From an uncultured Gemmatimonadota bacterium (GTDB lineage: Bacteria > Gemmatimonadota > Gemmatimonadetes > Palauibacterales > Palauibacteraceae), in assembly GCA_964480515.1 (NCBI GenBank), contig CAYZOT010000004.1, positions 77,020 to 141,019 of the forward strand: a stretch of DNA of 64,000 nt. Direction: 5' to 3'. Every line of letters begins with the position of its first letter. Within the stretch, counting starts at the first letter, position 1. The notes under the pieces are model-generated. The model worked only from the letters and a program-made list of their open reading frames with translations. It was not told where the DNA came from and searched no databases. Below are positions 17,630 to 26,509 of the stretch, one piece after another. The position numbers were made by a program, and so were the translations under genes.

Positions 17630-18823
17630 TCAAGGCCAGCAGAGGAACTCAGAGTCTAGTATAGCATCGATTTTACTGCGGATTTGCGAACTGTAACTTT
17701 CCCCAGTAGATGGCCTTTTGTTGAAGAGTGCTGCGTAGTTGATGCCATCGCCTCGTTGCCTAGCTAGCGTGTTGGTGCCGGGCAGGCTGCCAGTGTGGTA
17801 CCACCTCCACTTTGAGCCCTCTGCCCCACGTCTTCGGGCCCCGATACCGTCACCGGCTGTCTGGTAAACATCCAAAAACTCAACAATTGCCCGGACTGAT
17901 CCGACTAAGCCACCAGAGGAAATCCTACTCTCCACGTCCCAGCCTCCGTTTGGAGCCTCTACCCTAGGTCCGTTGGGGTCGAACACATTTCGACTCATTG
18001 TGTCAGAGTCATACCATGGCTCACGTGGACTGCGATCAGTAGGGAAGGTTCTTCCCTGAATCAATTCGCTATTTGGAACCCCAAGCGGCTCAAAGAGAGT
18101 CGTGGTCACGTAACTAAGATAACCCTCACCAGACACCTCTTCTACGATGAGGCCGAGTACTAGATAACCGATATTTGCGTATGCAGTTTTGGTGCCGGGA
18201 GAAAACTGAAGCGGCTGTCCTAATATGTAGCGAATGGTATTTGCCCGTCCGGGAGGGCTTGGTACGTTCATGGCATCAGCGATCACGATTTCCTTAAACG
18301 TCAAATCCCCGACCAAATCGCGATCCCAGCCGCCACGATGCTGCAGTAGATGCTGAACCGTGATCTTCTTCAACAGGGAGTCTCCGAGTGACGGAAACGG
18401 CGTCAAATTCAGAATCCCTCCCTCGGGTTGGCCGAGATCAAAGACGAAATCATCCAAATCCATAAGTCCGGCATCCAGCAACTCTCGAATGGCAGCAGCT
18501 GTGATCGGTTTTGTGACGCTTGCTAAGCGCATCATTGTGTTTTGGGGGAGCTTGATCTCCTGAGCCTCATCCTGCCACCCGAAACTCTTATCGTAGACCA
18601 ATCGGCCGCTCTTCATTACCCCTAAAACCCCAGCCTTGATGTTTTGCGCTTCCATGAATTGGACCATGGTCGAGTCGAATCGTTCTAGGCTCAAGCAGGG
18701 TTCGATGGGGGGGGCGGATGGCTCAGTGCATTGGGTCAGTATCATCACGACAAGTACTAATCCGCAGATGTTGAGACATCTGTGAATCATACGTCGTGCT
18801 CCCATTAGTCTGAGCGAATTCAC
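17630..18823 (-). CDS. secreted serine hydrolase of the beta-lactamase/PBP-like family
   Basis: Signal/TM N-terminus, S-x-x-K motif (SVTK), ~400 aa. Confidence 0.7.
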   Translation of the reverse strand: MNSLRLMGARRMIHRCLNICGLVLVVMILTQCTEPSAPPIEPCLSLERFDSTMVQFMEAQNIKAGVLGVMKSGRLVYDKSFGWQDEAQEIKLPQNTMMRLASVTKPITAAAIRELLDAGLMDLDDFVFDLGQPEGGILNLTPFPSLGDSLLKKITVQHLLQHRGGWDRDLVGDLTFKEIVIADAMNVPSPPGRANTIRYILGQPLQFSPGTKTAYANIGYLVLGLIVEEVSGEGYLSYVTTTLFEPLGVPNSELIQGRTFPTDRSPREPWYDSDTMSRNVFDPNGPRVEAPNGGWDVESRISSGGLVGSVRAIVEFLDVYQTAGDGIGARRRGAEGSKWRWYHTGSLPGTNTLARQRGDGINYAALFNKRPSTGESYSSQIRSKIDAILDSEFLCWP

Positions 18824-18842
18824 TTCGAAACTGCCCGTTCAG

Positions 18843-21410
18843 TCACTGTTTTCGGGACTGTTCTTCTTCGACATCCAGTTGCCAAACATTTGCACTCCAC
18901 CGCCAATCATTGAGGAGGTGTTTCACGAAATATTCGGCTCGCAACCAAAACCAATAGTCGCTCATGTCTCCATATCCGTGGCGTTGTCCCGGAAAAACAA
19001 AGAAATCAAAGCGCTTGTTGTTTCTGATCAACGCTTCAGCTATTCGGTGGGTACCAGCATGGTGGACGTTGTTGTCGATGTCACCGGTTGTCAGAAGCAA
19101 GTGTCCCTTGAGGTTGGCAGCAAGATCAGAGTTTTTATCGATGTCGTATTCGAACGAAATCTGACCGCTGTCGTCTACGACCTCTTTCACACCGTGGTGC
19201 TTTTCCGACCAGTTTTGGTTATACACATCATTGTTGTGGTTCCCCGATGATGACACCGCAACTTTGAAAAAGTCTGGGTACACAAGCATCGCCGCGGTCG
19301 ACATGAATCCACCCCCGGAGTGCCCGTAAATCCCAACCCGGTCGATATCAATGAATGAATGACGGTCGGAGAGTTGTTCAATTGCCGCTTTTTTGTCCAC
19401 CAGACCGTAGTCGCGGAGGTTTCCGTACCCATAGTTATGATACCATTTCGACCTTGCTGGATGTCCACCACGGTTCCCTACTGTGATGACGATGATTCCG
19501 AACTGTGCGAGCGCTGTCTCGAAGCGTTGTGTGGAAAACGACTTAGACACAGACTCAGTTTGTGGGCCGGGATAAACGTAAGCGACGATCGGATATGTTT
19601 TGGTTGAATCGAAATCAAACGGCTTGTACAGTACGCCGTACAAATCTGTGACACCGTCAGCAGCTTTTACCATGTATGGTTCAGGGAAGTGGTAACCGGC
19701 CCCGTCAAGCATTGAAAAGTCGGCTTCCTCGAGGTCGATTAGTTTGCGACCCGTGTTCGCATACAAAGCGGCACCCGGTGTCGTATTGACACGTGAGTAG
19801 TTGTCAATAAAGAAACGATTTGACGCACCTATGCTAACGCGATGGTCAAAGTCGCCGGAATTGAGGAGCGTAAGCCCGCTACCGTCCAGGTTCACGCGAT
19901 ATAGGTGCTGGTAATACGGGTCTTCTCCACCTTCGCGGCCGTTGGCCTGGAAGTAGACGACACCAGTACTTTCATCAATGCCCACCACACGTCGGACTGA
20001 CCAGGGGCCTTCGGTAAGCCGGTTTCTAAGTGTCCCATCTGGAGCGAAGCGATACAGATGAGCCCAACCATCCCGCTCCGACCACCAGATCATATCGCCT
20101 GAAGCAAGAAGTTCGAGGCGTTGGGATTCGACATATGTATTGAGTCGTTCCTCAATCAGGAGTTGTACGTCGCCGGTTACCGCATCGGCGACCATCACAT
20201 CTACACGGTGTTGGTCTCGGCTTCGACGCCAGAAATAGAGTTGGTCCGAATTGTCGGATAACCAAAGCGTGCGGGAGGGCTCTTCGCTGTCTGGATAACG
20301 GAATTGTCTAGAGCTAAATGTGAAAAGTCGTTGATCCTTCCACGGGTCCATGGCGACCTGAGTCATCGTGCGCTCATTGAGGTCGTACACGAGTAACTCG
20401 TACTGGCTGACGGTTTCCTCACCTGGCATGTCGTACTTATAAGATTCTAGCTCAGGACGCTTGTTCCCTACTGTATGAATGACCCACAGGTTACCCGATT
20501 CACGTCGATCTGTTCGTACGATGGAGAAGCGATGTGAGTCGTGTGACCAAGAAATGCTGACCCGTTTCCTTTTGTCCGCGCTTTCTTCGCGCTCCTGGTC
20601 TGTATCGCCCCGGTCGGAGACCGCATAGCTGTAATGCTCCACTCCATCGGTCGTAAGCTGCTCATCGGATATTTCGATTTCTTCCTCGGCTTCGTCGGCC
20701 TCATCGCCACTCTTCCCACGTCTCGCCTCAAGAATCTTGCCGTAATCGCTCTCCGTCATCAGATGGAGATTGTGATTGCGCGCGTAGATTATGGTCTGGT
20801 CATCGGGGGATACGCTGGCCCAGGACGGGTGGTTATCCGGCGCTTCCCAATCTTCAAGCTCACGTAACACCTGTGTGCCGACGTCGTACTCAAAGTGGAA
20901 GACCTTCTTCTTTGAGCGGTGTCGGCGTTCTTCTCCGTCTTCCTGCTCCTCATCCTGTTCTTCCATATTGGTTTCGGTTTCCTGTTCCTCCTCGTCTTGG
21001 GAAGACTCGACCTCAAACTGGAGTGTGTTCTCGTCTATAAACTTGATCGAACGGATTGGAAGATGTCGTCCATCCCAGGGATCGCGTGTGATTCGAGTTA
21101 ACTCAGCAGCAATCCGGTCGTTGTCGAAAATCTGCTGTTTAGTCCCCGCAACCGGATCCACGATGTAGTAGAAAGTCCCGTTCGACGTCTCCCACTCATA
21201 CCAGAACTGCTCCGTGTCCTCGATCCACTTCGGATCTACCGAAGTGGAGTGGATGAGATCCTGGATCTTATAGGGAGCAAAGCGCGCCGCTAGCCGATAG
21301 TTACCTGGCTGTTCAGCGCTGTCTTGGGCGAACATTGGGGTGGCCAACATCAACAAGGTCATTGTGGCAAACAGGCTGGCCGGTGCGAATCGATGAGCGA
21401 AAATCATCAC
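18843..21410 (-). CDS. S9-family serine peptidase (dipeptidyl-peptidase IV/prolyl oligopeptidase-like) with acidic low-complexity insertions
   Basis: Signal peptide, beta-propeller N-region, catalytic GHSGGG nucleophile elbow plus downstream D/H. Poly-E/D inserts at ~20904..21005 and ~20658..20717. Confidence 0.8.
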   Translation of the reverse strand: MMIFAHRFAPASLFATMTLLMLATPMFAQDSAEQPGNYRLAARFAPYKIQDLIHSTSVDPKWIEDTEQFWYEWETSNGTFYYIVDPVAGTKQQIFDNDRIAAELTRITRDPWDGRHLPIRSIKFIDENTLQFEVESSQDEEEQETETNMEEQDEEQEDGEERRHRSKKKVFHFEYDVGTQVLRELEDWEAPDNHPSWASVSPDDQTIIYARNHNLHLMTESDYGKILEARRGKSGDEADEAEEEIEISDEQLTTDGVEHYSYAVSDRGDTDQEREESADKRKRVSISWSHDSHRFSIVRTDRRESGNLWVIHTVGNKRPELESYKYDMPGEETVSQYELLVYDLNERTMTQVAMDPWKDQRLFTFSSRQFRYPDSEEPSRTLWLSDNSDQLYFWRRSRDQHRVDVMVADAVTGDVQLLIEERLNTYVESQRLELLASGDMIWWSERDGWAHLYRFAPDGTLRNRLTEGPWSVRRVVGIDESTGVVYFQANGREGGEDPYYQHLYRVNLDGSGLTLLNSGDFDHRVSIGASNRFFIDNYSRVNTTPGAALYANTGRKLIDLEEADFSMLDGAGYHFPEPYMVKAADGVTDLYGVLYKPFDFDSTKTYPIVAYVYPGPQTESVSKSFSTQRFETALAQFGIIVITVGNRGGHPARSKWYHNYGYGNLRDYGLVDKKAAIEQLSDRHSFIDIDRVGIYGHSGGGFMSTAAMLVYPDFFKVAVSSSGNHNNDVYNQNWSEKHHGVKEVVDDSGQISFEYDIDKNSDLAANLKGHLLLTTGDIDNNVHHAGTHRIAEALIRNNKRFDFFVFPGQRHGYGDMSDYWFWLRAEYFVKHLLNDWRWSANVWQLDVEEEQSRKQ

Positions 21411-21536
21411 GGTCTCCTTGGACGGCTGCAGTTTTTTTTCGAGGTGCTACAAGCGTGCAGCTAGAAAAATGCGTTTGACTAGGAGGTGTGGCCATACCGA
21501 AAGGTTGAACTCGGGCCGGGTGGGGCAGAAACGGTC

Positions 21537-22877
21537 CTAGAACCTCTCTAGACGAGGATTCACGACATTCGTGAAGATCGATCCAAACGTGTAGGAGAAT
21601 CCAAAAGAGAGCCGATACTCGTACCCGCTCTGCAGGATGCGCTGTTCAAGAAGGACTTCTTCTTCGGTCGCGTCACCGGCCGGTACGTTGAGTTGGTCTC
21701 GAATGCGCGAGTATCGGATGTTGGTGGTGAGAGACAGTCCACGGAACAACCGAATGTTAGCGCCCAGGTTAACGGTGGCACGGTTCTTGGAAAGATCGTG
21801 CAGGTACTGCGAGAACTCGAGGAACCCATAGGAGGTTCCCCATGGCTGCCGCACGCTCAGGCCCGCGCCAATCTTATGCAGCGGTAGCGTCTCCTTCATC
21901 TTGAGGAAGACGGTCTCCTCCACGTAGTTGGTGTGGCTCAGTCCAGCGGTGTAGAGGATATTGAACTGGCGTCGCGTCGACTCCGAGTATGGGAAGATGT
22001 TGAATTCGATCGCCGACGATAAGTCGAGTCGGAGATCTTCGTTGTCAAACGATGAATGTTCGGCTGCGTAGGCCATGCCGATGGACCAGTGATCAGAGAG
22101 GCTCCACACGGTTAAGCCATCGAGGTTGTAACTTTCTCGGACACTGGTGACCGATGTCGTATCGCTGGTCTCGAAGATGTTCTCGTCGTAGTCGCCGCCG
22201 ATCCCGAACTCCAACTTTAGATTATCAGTGATACGGGTTGCGGTGAAGCCACCAGAGATCTCATAGCTTTGCGTGCGCTCATTCACACGGAGGTTTCCGT
22301 TTCCGCGTACTCGGAATGTCCAGAAGTTCCAGGGATCCGTCTCGGCGGTTGCAACCCCTACGTCCCTTTCGAAATCCTCAGATATGATCCGGATATTAGC
22401 AGCCTGATCGGTCCTTGCGATGTATCGGATTAGGCCAAGCTTCATAGTGGCAGCAATCTCAGTGAGTAGACGCTCACGAGCGAGATTGGCCGGCGTGACC
22501 ACCTCTAGTCGGTCGTCGATGTCGACGAACTCCTCGCGGCCGATGAAGTCGAGGGTGAACCGCCGACCTGCACTTCCTGTCGTTTCCTGTGTTAGTAACA
22601 CGTGGACCTGAGAATCTTCCCGGTCACGCGTGTAGTTCACGAATGGAATCTCTTGGCGGTAGAAGTCAAAATCGCAGGGACCGGAGTCACGCCCACGCCC
22701 ATAACTTTGACAGTCGAAAAAAACTCGAAGTGCACCATTTCCTGCTTCGTCGAATGTAGTGTCCTGTGCGGTCAAAGCGGGAGGTACGGTCAGCAGTACA
22801 AAAAAAGCGACGAGCCGGTAGGCCACGTAGGAAGCATACACTCGAATGCTTCTGGATCTTGAAATAGGTGCGACCAT
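21537..22877 (-). CDS. putative outer-membrane beta-barrel protein
   Basis: Signal-like hydrophobic N-region ending ALTAQD, alternating amphipathic strands, C-terminal ...RLERF with terminal Phe. Confidence 0.5.
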   Translation of the reverse strand: MVAPISRSRSIRVYASYVAYRLVAFFVLLTVPPALTAQDTTFDEAGNGALRVFFDCQSYGRGRDSGPCDFDFYRQEIPFVNYTRDREDSQVHVLLTQETTGSAGRRFTLDFIGREEFVDIDDRLEVVTPANLARERLLTEIAATMKLGLIRYIARTDQAANIRIISEDFERDVGVATAETDPWNFWTFRVRGNGNLRVNERTQSYEISGGFTATRITDNLKLEFGIGGDYDENIFETSDTTSVTSVRESYNLDGLTVWSLSDHWSIGMAYAAEHSSFDNEDLRLDLSSAIEFNIFPYSESTRRQFNILYTAGLSHTNYVEETVFLKMKETLPLHKIGAGLSVRQPWGTSYGFLEFSQYLHDLSKNRATVNLGANIRLFRGLSLTTNIRYSRIRDQLNVPAGDATEEEVLLEQRILQSGYEYRLSFGFSYTFGSIFTNVVNPRLERF

Positions 22878-22920
22878 CGCCTGTAGATATCTCGTGATAT
22901 TAAGAGTTTGTCCGTTGACT

Positions 22921-22938
22921 ACGTGTCAGGTAACACGT
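22921..22938. promoter_or_regulatory. perfect inverted repeat ACGTGT-N6-ACACGT; a third TACGTGT copy lies at 22950-22956
   Basis: Seen directly, in the divergent region between the OMP gene and the dpaL-like gene. Confidence 0.25.
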
Positions 22939-23019
22939 GGAGAGGTGAATACGTGTAGCCACCCGGAGTTTTACCCTACCATTAGATTGTTCTTGAACAT
23001 AATGCGTTATTTTGTTCGA

Positions 23020-23035
23020 ACAACCGAGCGGTTGT
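23020..23035. promoter_or_regulatory. perfect palindrome ACAACC-GAGC-GGTTGT
   Basis: Seen directly ~190 bp upstream of the dpaL-like start; overlaps the GTTCGAAC palindrome. Confidence 0.25.
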
Positions 23036-23222
23036 CTTTAAACTGGCCTCGGCTGACCTTAAAGAGGTGGTTCTCGTAAGCATCTTTTGAACTGAAAAAT
23101 TTGAGTTGGATCAGTTGGTGAAGACGAATCTGACATCCAGATCGTGATCCGGCATCAGAGGGTGATAGAGAACGGTTGCCTCCAACGTATTTAGCACGGT
23201 CATTTCGTTAAGGACGCGAAGC

Positions 23223-24380
23223 ATGAGCGGATCCACGTTACGACTATCTCTTCGGCAAGATTCTCCGACAACGGTTGAGTCTGAGGCCAGGGACATGGCC
23301 ACCGTGATTGACTCGGAGACAGCTGCAGATGCCAGGTCTGTGATCCGCAGATGGGAGGGTTATATGCCCACTCCACTTGTGCCACTAAACAAGCTTGCGA
23401 CGCAATTGGGAATCAAATCTGTATGGTGCAAGGATGAGTCGGGACGTTTTGGGCTTGGGTCGTTTAAATCGCTCGGTGGAGCATTTGGAGTGCTGCGTGC
23501 CCTTCAAGATGAAATTGAGGGGCGTACGAAACAGCGCCCAAGCGCAGAAGAGCTTTGGGCCGGGCACCCAGAAGCCAGTTTGATCACAACAACGACGGCC
23601 TCAGCAGGAAACCACGGCCGCTCGGTCGCCTGGGGAAGTTCCCAATTCGGCTGCACTTGCGTTGTCGTTCTCCCGGAGGACGCGCACCCTGCTCGCGCAC
23701 AGGCGATCGAATCACATGGTGCCCAGGTGGTGCGGTTTGAGGGTTCATACGATGAGGCTGTCGGTTATACGGAGCAGGAAGCTGAGCGAAACGGTTGGCT
23801 CATTGTTTCTGACACTGCTTACGACGGGTATGAAGAAATTCCGATGCGAGTCATGGAAGGGTATACGGTACTTGCGGATGAAATGCTCCAGTCGCTTGCT
23901 GCGGAGAGTATAGACTTGACGCACCTTTTTATTCAGACTGGTGTTGGAGGTCTGGCGACGGGGGTGTGTAGCCACTTGGTGAAAGAATTAGGTTCTCGAA
24001 GACCTCGATTTATTGCAGTTGAGCCATGGAGGGCGGATTGTTTTGGCCGTAGTCTCCGTTTTGGCAGACAGGTGTTTGCAGAACCGCCATTCGAAACAGA
24101 AATGGGTGGACTCGCAGCTGGTATTCCTTCGACCATTGCATGGACATTTTTGGAACAACACCTAGACGCGGCATTGGCTCTACCGGAATCCGTTTGGCAG
24201 ATTGGTGCGATGGCGCTTGATACCGGGGAATTAGGGGCCCGGATTGCAGCGGGTCCGTCTGGCGCAGCTGGTGTAGGGGCACTCGTTGCTCTCACTAGGC
24301 TACCCGGACTTGCTAAGCTTCTTGATCTTCGACCCAATTCTCAGGTGGGGACACTGGTTACAGAGGCGCGTTTCTATTGA
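23223..24380 (+). CDS. dpaL: PLP-dependent diaminopropionate ammonia-lyase-like enzyme (YgeX/DpaL family); true start may be the internal Met ~23295
   Basis: CKDESGRFGLGSFKSLGG matches the LKDESYRFGLNAFKMLGG PLP-lysine region of E. coli YgeX; fold-type II PLP enzyme length. Confidence 0.65.
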   Translation: MSGSTLRLSLRQDSPTTVESEARDMATVIDSETAADARSVIRRWEGYMPTPLVPLNKLATQLGIKSVWCKDESGRFGLGSFKSLGGAFGVLRALQDEIEGRTKQRPSAEELWAGHPEASLITTTTASAGNHGRSVAWGSSQFGCTCVVVLPEDAHPARAQAIESHGAQVVRFEGSYDEAVGYTEQEAERNGWLIVSDTAYDGYEEIPMRVMEGYTVLADEMLQSLAAESIDLTHLFIQTGVGGLATGVCSHLVKELGSRRPRFIAVEPWRADCFGRSLRFGRQVFAEPPFETEMGGLAAGIPSTIAWTFLEQHLDAALALPESVWQIGAMALDTGELGARIAAGPSGAAGVGALVALTRLPGLAKLLDLRPNSQVGTLVTEARFY

Positions 24381-24545
24381 AGTGGCTCAACGACTTCTCA
24401 CTTCTTCGATAAATGGACGAACGTAATAAGCTCTACCCGATCGACATCAATAATGCCGAAGGGATTTCAACCTCACCTGCCAACAGATATTCTGGCAATT
24501 ACATACGAAACCTCATTACCCTCGAACTGCCAATAGAATAAACCG

Positions 24546-25916
24546 ATGCCTGATTTAACCGCTTATATTGACGGACAGATCTCACGATTCCAGCAAGAAC
24601 TCTGCGATTTCCTTCGCATCCCGAGCATTAGTACGAACCCTTCGCATGCAGGTGACGTCCGAGAGTGTGCTGAGTGGGTTGCTGACCACCTCCATGCGGC
24701 CGGGATCGAGAAATCTGAAGTCATCGAAACAGATGGACACCCAATCGTCCTAGGGGAACATTGGATCAGCGACGATGCGCCAACAGTGCTCATTTATGGT
24801 CACTATGACGTCCAGCCTTCCGAGCCTGATGATCTATGGACGTTTCCGCCCTTTGAGCCAACCGTCCGGGACGGGCGTTTGTTCGCGCGAGGATCGGTTG
24901 ACGACAAGGGGCAGGTTCATATGCACCTTAAGGCTCTTGAGGCTCGGCTTGCCAGCAATGTCGATATGCCCGTGAACCTCAAGCTGGTGATTGAGGGTGA
25001 AGAGGAAGTCGGTAGCAAGCACCTCAGTGCCTTCTTGGACAAGAATGCTGAGAGACTTGCGTGTGACGCTGTGCTCATAAGTGATACGGGCATGTTCTCG
25101 CCGGACCTTCCATGTATCACGACCGGTCTGCGAGGGATCGTGTACACCGAGATCAACGTCTATGGTCCAGCATCCGACCTTCATTCAGGAAGCTATGGTG
25201 GTGCGGTAGTCAATCCAGCCAATGCGTTGGCTACTATCCTTGACGGTCTCAAGGATGATGATGGCCAGGCCACGGTCGCCGGTTATTACGACTCGGTGCG
25301 ACCAATGACAGAGCGCGAGCGAGCAGATCTTGTCCGCCTACCTATGGATGAGGAAACCCTGCGAGAGACCGTGGGGGCAGTGGCGCTAGGTGGCGAAGTA
25401 GGGTTCTCTGCTCTCGAACGGATGTGGTATCGTCCCACGCTGGATGTGAACGGTCTTCTGAGTGGGTTCACGGGCGATGGATCCAAGACGGTACTTCCCT
25501 CACGGGCGATGGCAAAAGTGTCGATGCGGCTTGTCCCCGACCAGGATCCTGTTCAAGTCGTTGAGGCGTTTGAGAAACGAGTTCACGAACTTACACCTGA
25601 AGGTGTGACAGTCGAGGTAAAACGTTTCCATGGTGGTGCACCGTGGGTAGCTGATACCACTCATCCCATCTTTGATGCGGCCAGCAAAGCGCTCGAGAGA
25701 GGCTTCGGTTCCCCTCCAGCATTCATCCGCGAAGGTGGTTCGATTCCGATTGTGCAGGTGTTCGAAGACGTTTTCAATGCGCCCGCTCTGCTCATTGGAT
25801 TTGCATTGCCCGGATCAAATATGCACGCCCCAGATGAGTGGTTGGACCTAAGTGTCTACCGGAAGGGCATCGAGGCGCTGGCCAATCTCTACGATGGATT
25901 GGCGGTAGGCTTGTAA
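24546..25916 (+). CDS. M20-family metallopeptidase (dipeptidase/YgeY-like)
   Basis: HYDVQP ... DDKG ... EGEEEVGS metal-ligand motifs of M20/ArgE/DapE; 456 aa. Confidence 0.75.
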   Translation: MPDLTAYIDGQISRFQQELCDFLRIPSISTNPSHAGDVRECAEWVADHLHAAGIEKSEVIETDGHPIVLGEHWISDDAPTVLIYGHYDVQPSEPDDLWTFPPFEPTVRDGRLFARGSVDDKGQVHMHLKALEARLASNVDMPVNLKLVIEGEEEVGSKHLSAFLDKNAERLACDAVLISDTGMFSPDLPCITTGLRGIVYTEINVYGPASDLHSGSYGGAVVNPANALATILDGLKDDDGQATVAGYYDSVRPMTERERADLVRLPMDEETLRETVGAVALGGEVGFSALERMWYRPTLDVNGLLSGFTGDGSKTVLPSRAMAKVSMRLVPDQDPVQVVEAFEKRVHELTPEGVTVEVKRFHGGAPWVADTTHPIFDAASKALERGFGSPPAFIREGGSIPIVQVFEDVFNAPALLIGFALPGSNMHAPDEWLDLSVYRKGIEALANLYDGLAVGL

Positions 25917-26041
25917 GACGCGGCAAGGGCGAAGTTGTCGGACAGTCGATATGTGTTTTGTCAGACCACAGTTCTTCGATCAACAGTAAGGAGCGAAGTC
26001 AGTTACCTCCCTTTTCCGTCCAGTTCTCACCCAATTCCCCG

Positions 26042-26509
26042 TCAGGTTTCTGTGATCTCCGCTAGCTCAGTGGTTATATCGATCGAGCCAGAAAGCGATT
26101 GATATACGGGACATTTTGGCGGGTGTAGTTCAAAGCTGCGTTGGATTACATCGGCGTATTTATCCTCCGCTTGAAGGTGATAACGAACATGAATGCGTTT
26201 GATCACGAGCACCCCATCCTCAACTTCAATCTCTCCCTCAGTTTCACCTATCAGTCGCCCTTCATCTGCCTTGACTCCGCGCGCTTCCAGCGCGCCCCCG
26301 AAGGTTCCGGTTAGTCAGCCGCCTGTCGCCGCAACGATATAGTCCAACGTCGTTGCCACGTCTCGATCCGGATTCACTCCATAGTGTTCAGCGATCGCAG
26401 AATGAACACCGAACTCAACAAGCTCATCGGTCACTGGTAACTGAGCCGAACGAAACGGACCTTTCTTTCGAACAATTCGCGAGCAGGAACGATAGACAAC
26501 GTTACTCAT
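26042..26509 (-). CDS. OsmC/Ohr-family peroxiredoxin-like protein with in-frame TGA (26315-26317) at the peroxidatic Cys position; candidate selenoprotein
   Basis: The N-terminal ORF ends ...DYIVAATGG-TGA. The same frame continues LTGTFGGALEARGV...ELHPPKCPVYQS...ITET* to the stop at 26042. The second (resolving) Cys motif H-x-x-x-C-P-V lies 68 residues after the TGA, the OsmC Cys-Cys spacing. ATG overlaps the upstream NUDIX stop (ATGA). Confidence 0.65.
26277..26299 (-). other. SECIS-like hairpin ~20 nt 3' of the OsmC UGA
   Basis: mRNA ...GGGGGCGCGC UGGAA GCGCGCGG...: 6-bp GC stem with 5-nt loop containing G; position and size are compatible with bacterial SECIS. Confidence 0.35.

Noticed and set aside
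21411-21536. Possible rho-independent terminator after the OMP gene (GCTGCA...TGCAGC with T-run)
   Set aside because: The stem is only 6 bp with a 25-nt loop, and the T-run lies inside the loop rather than 3' of the stem on the relevant strand. Not convincing.
26042-26509. OsmC-like gene as a nonsense-mutated pseudogene
   Set aside because: The TGA coincides with the peroxidatic Cys column. The downstream frame is intact for 88 codons with the resolving Cys motif, and a hairpin follows the UGA. Kept as a Sec candidate instead.
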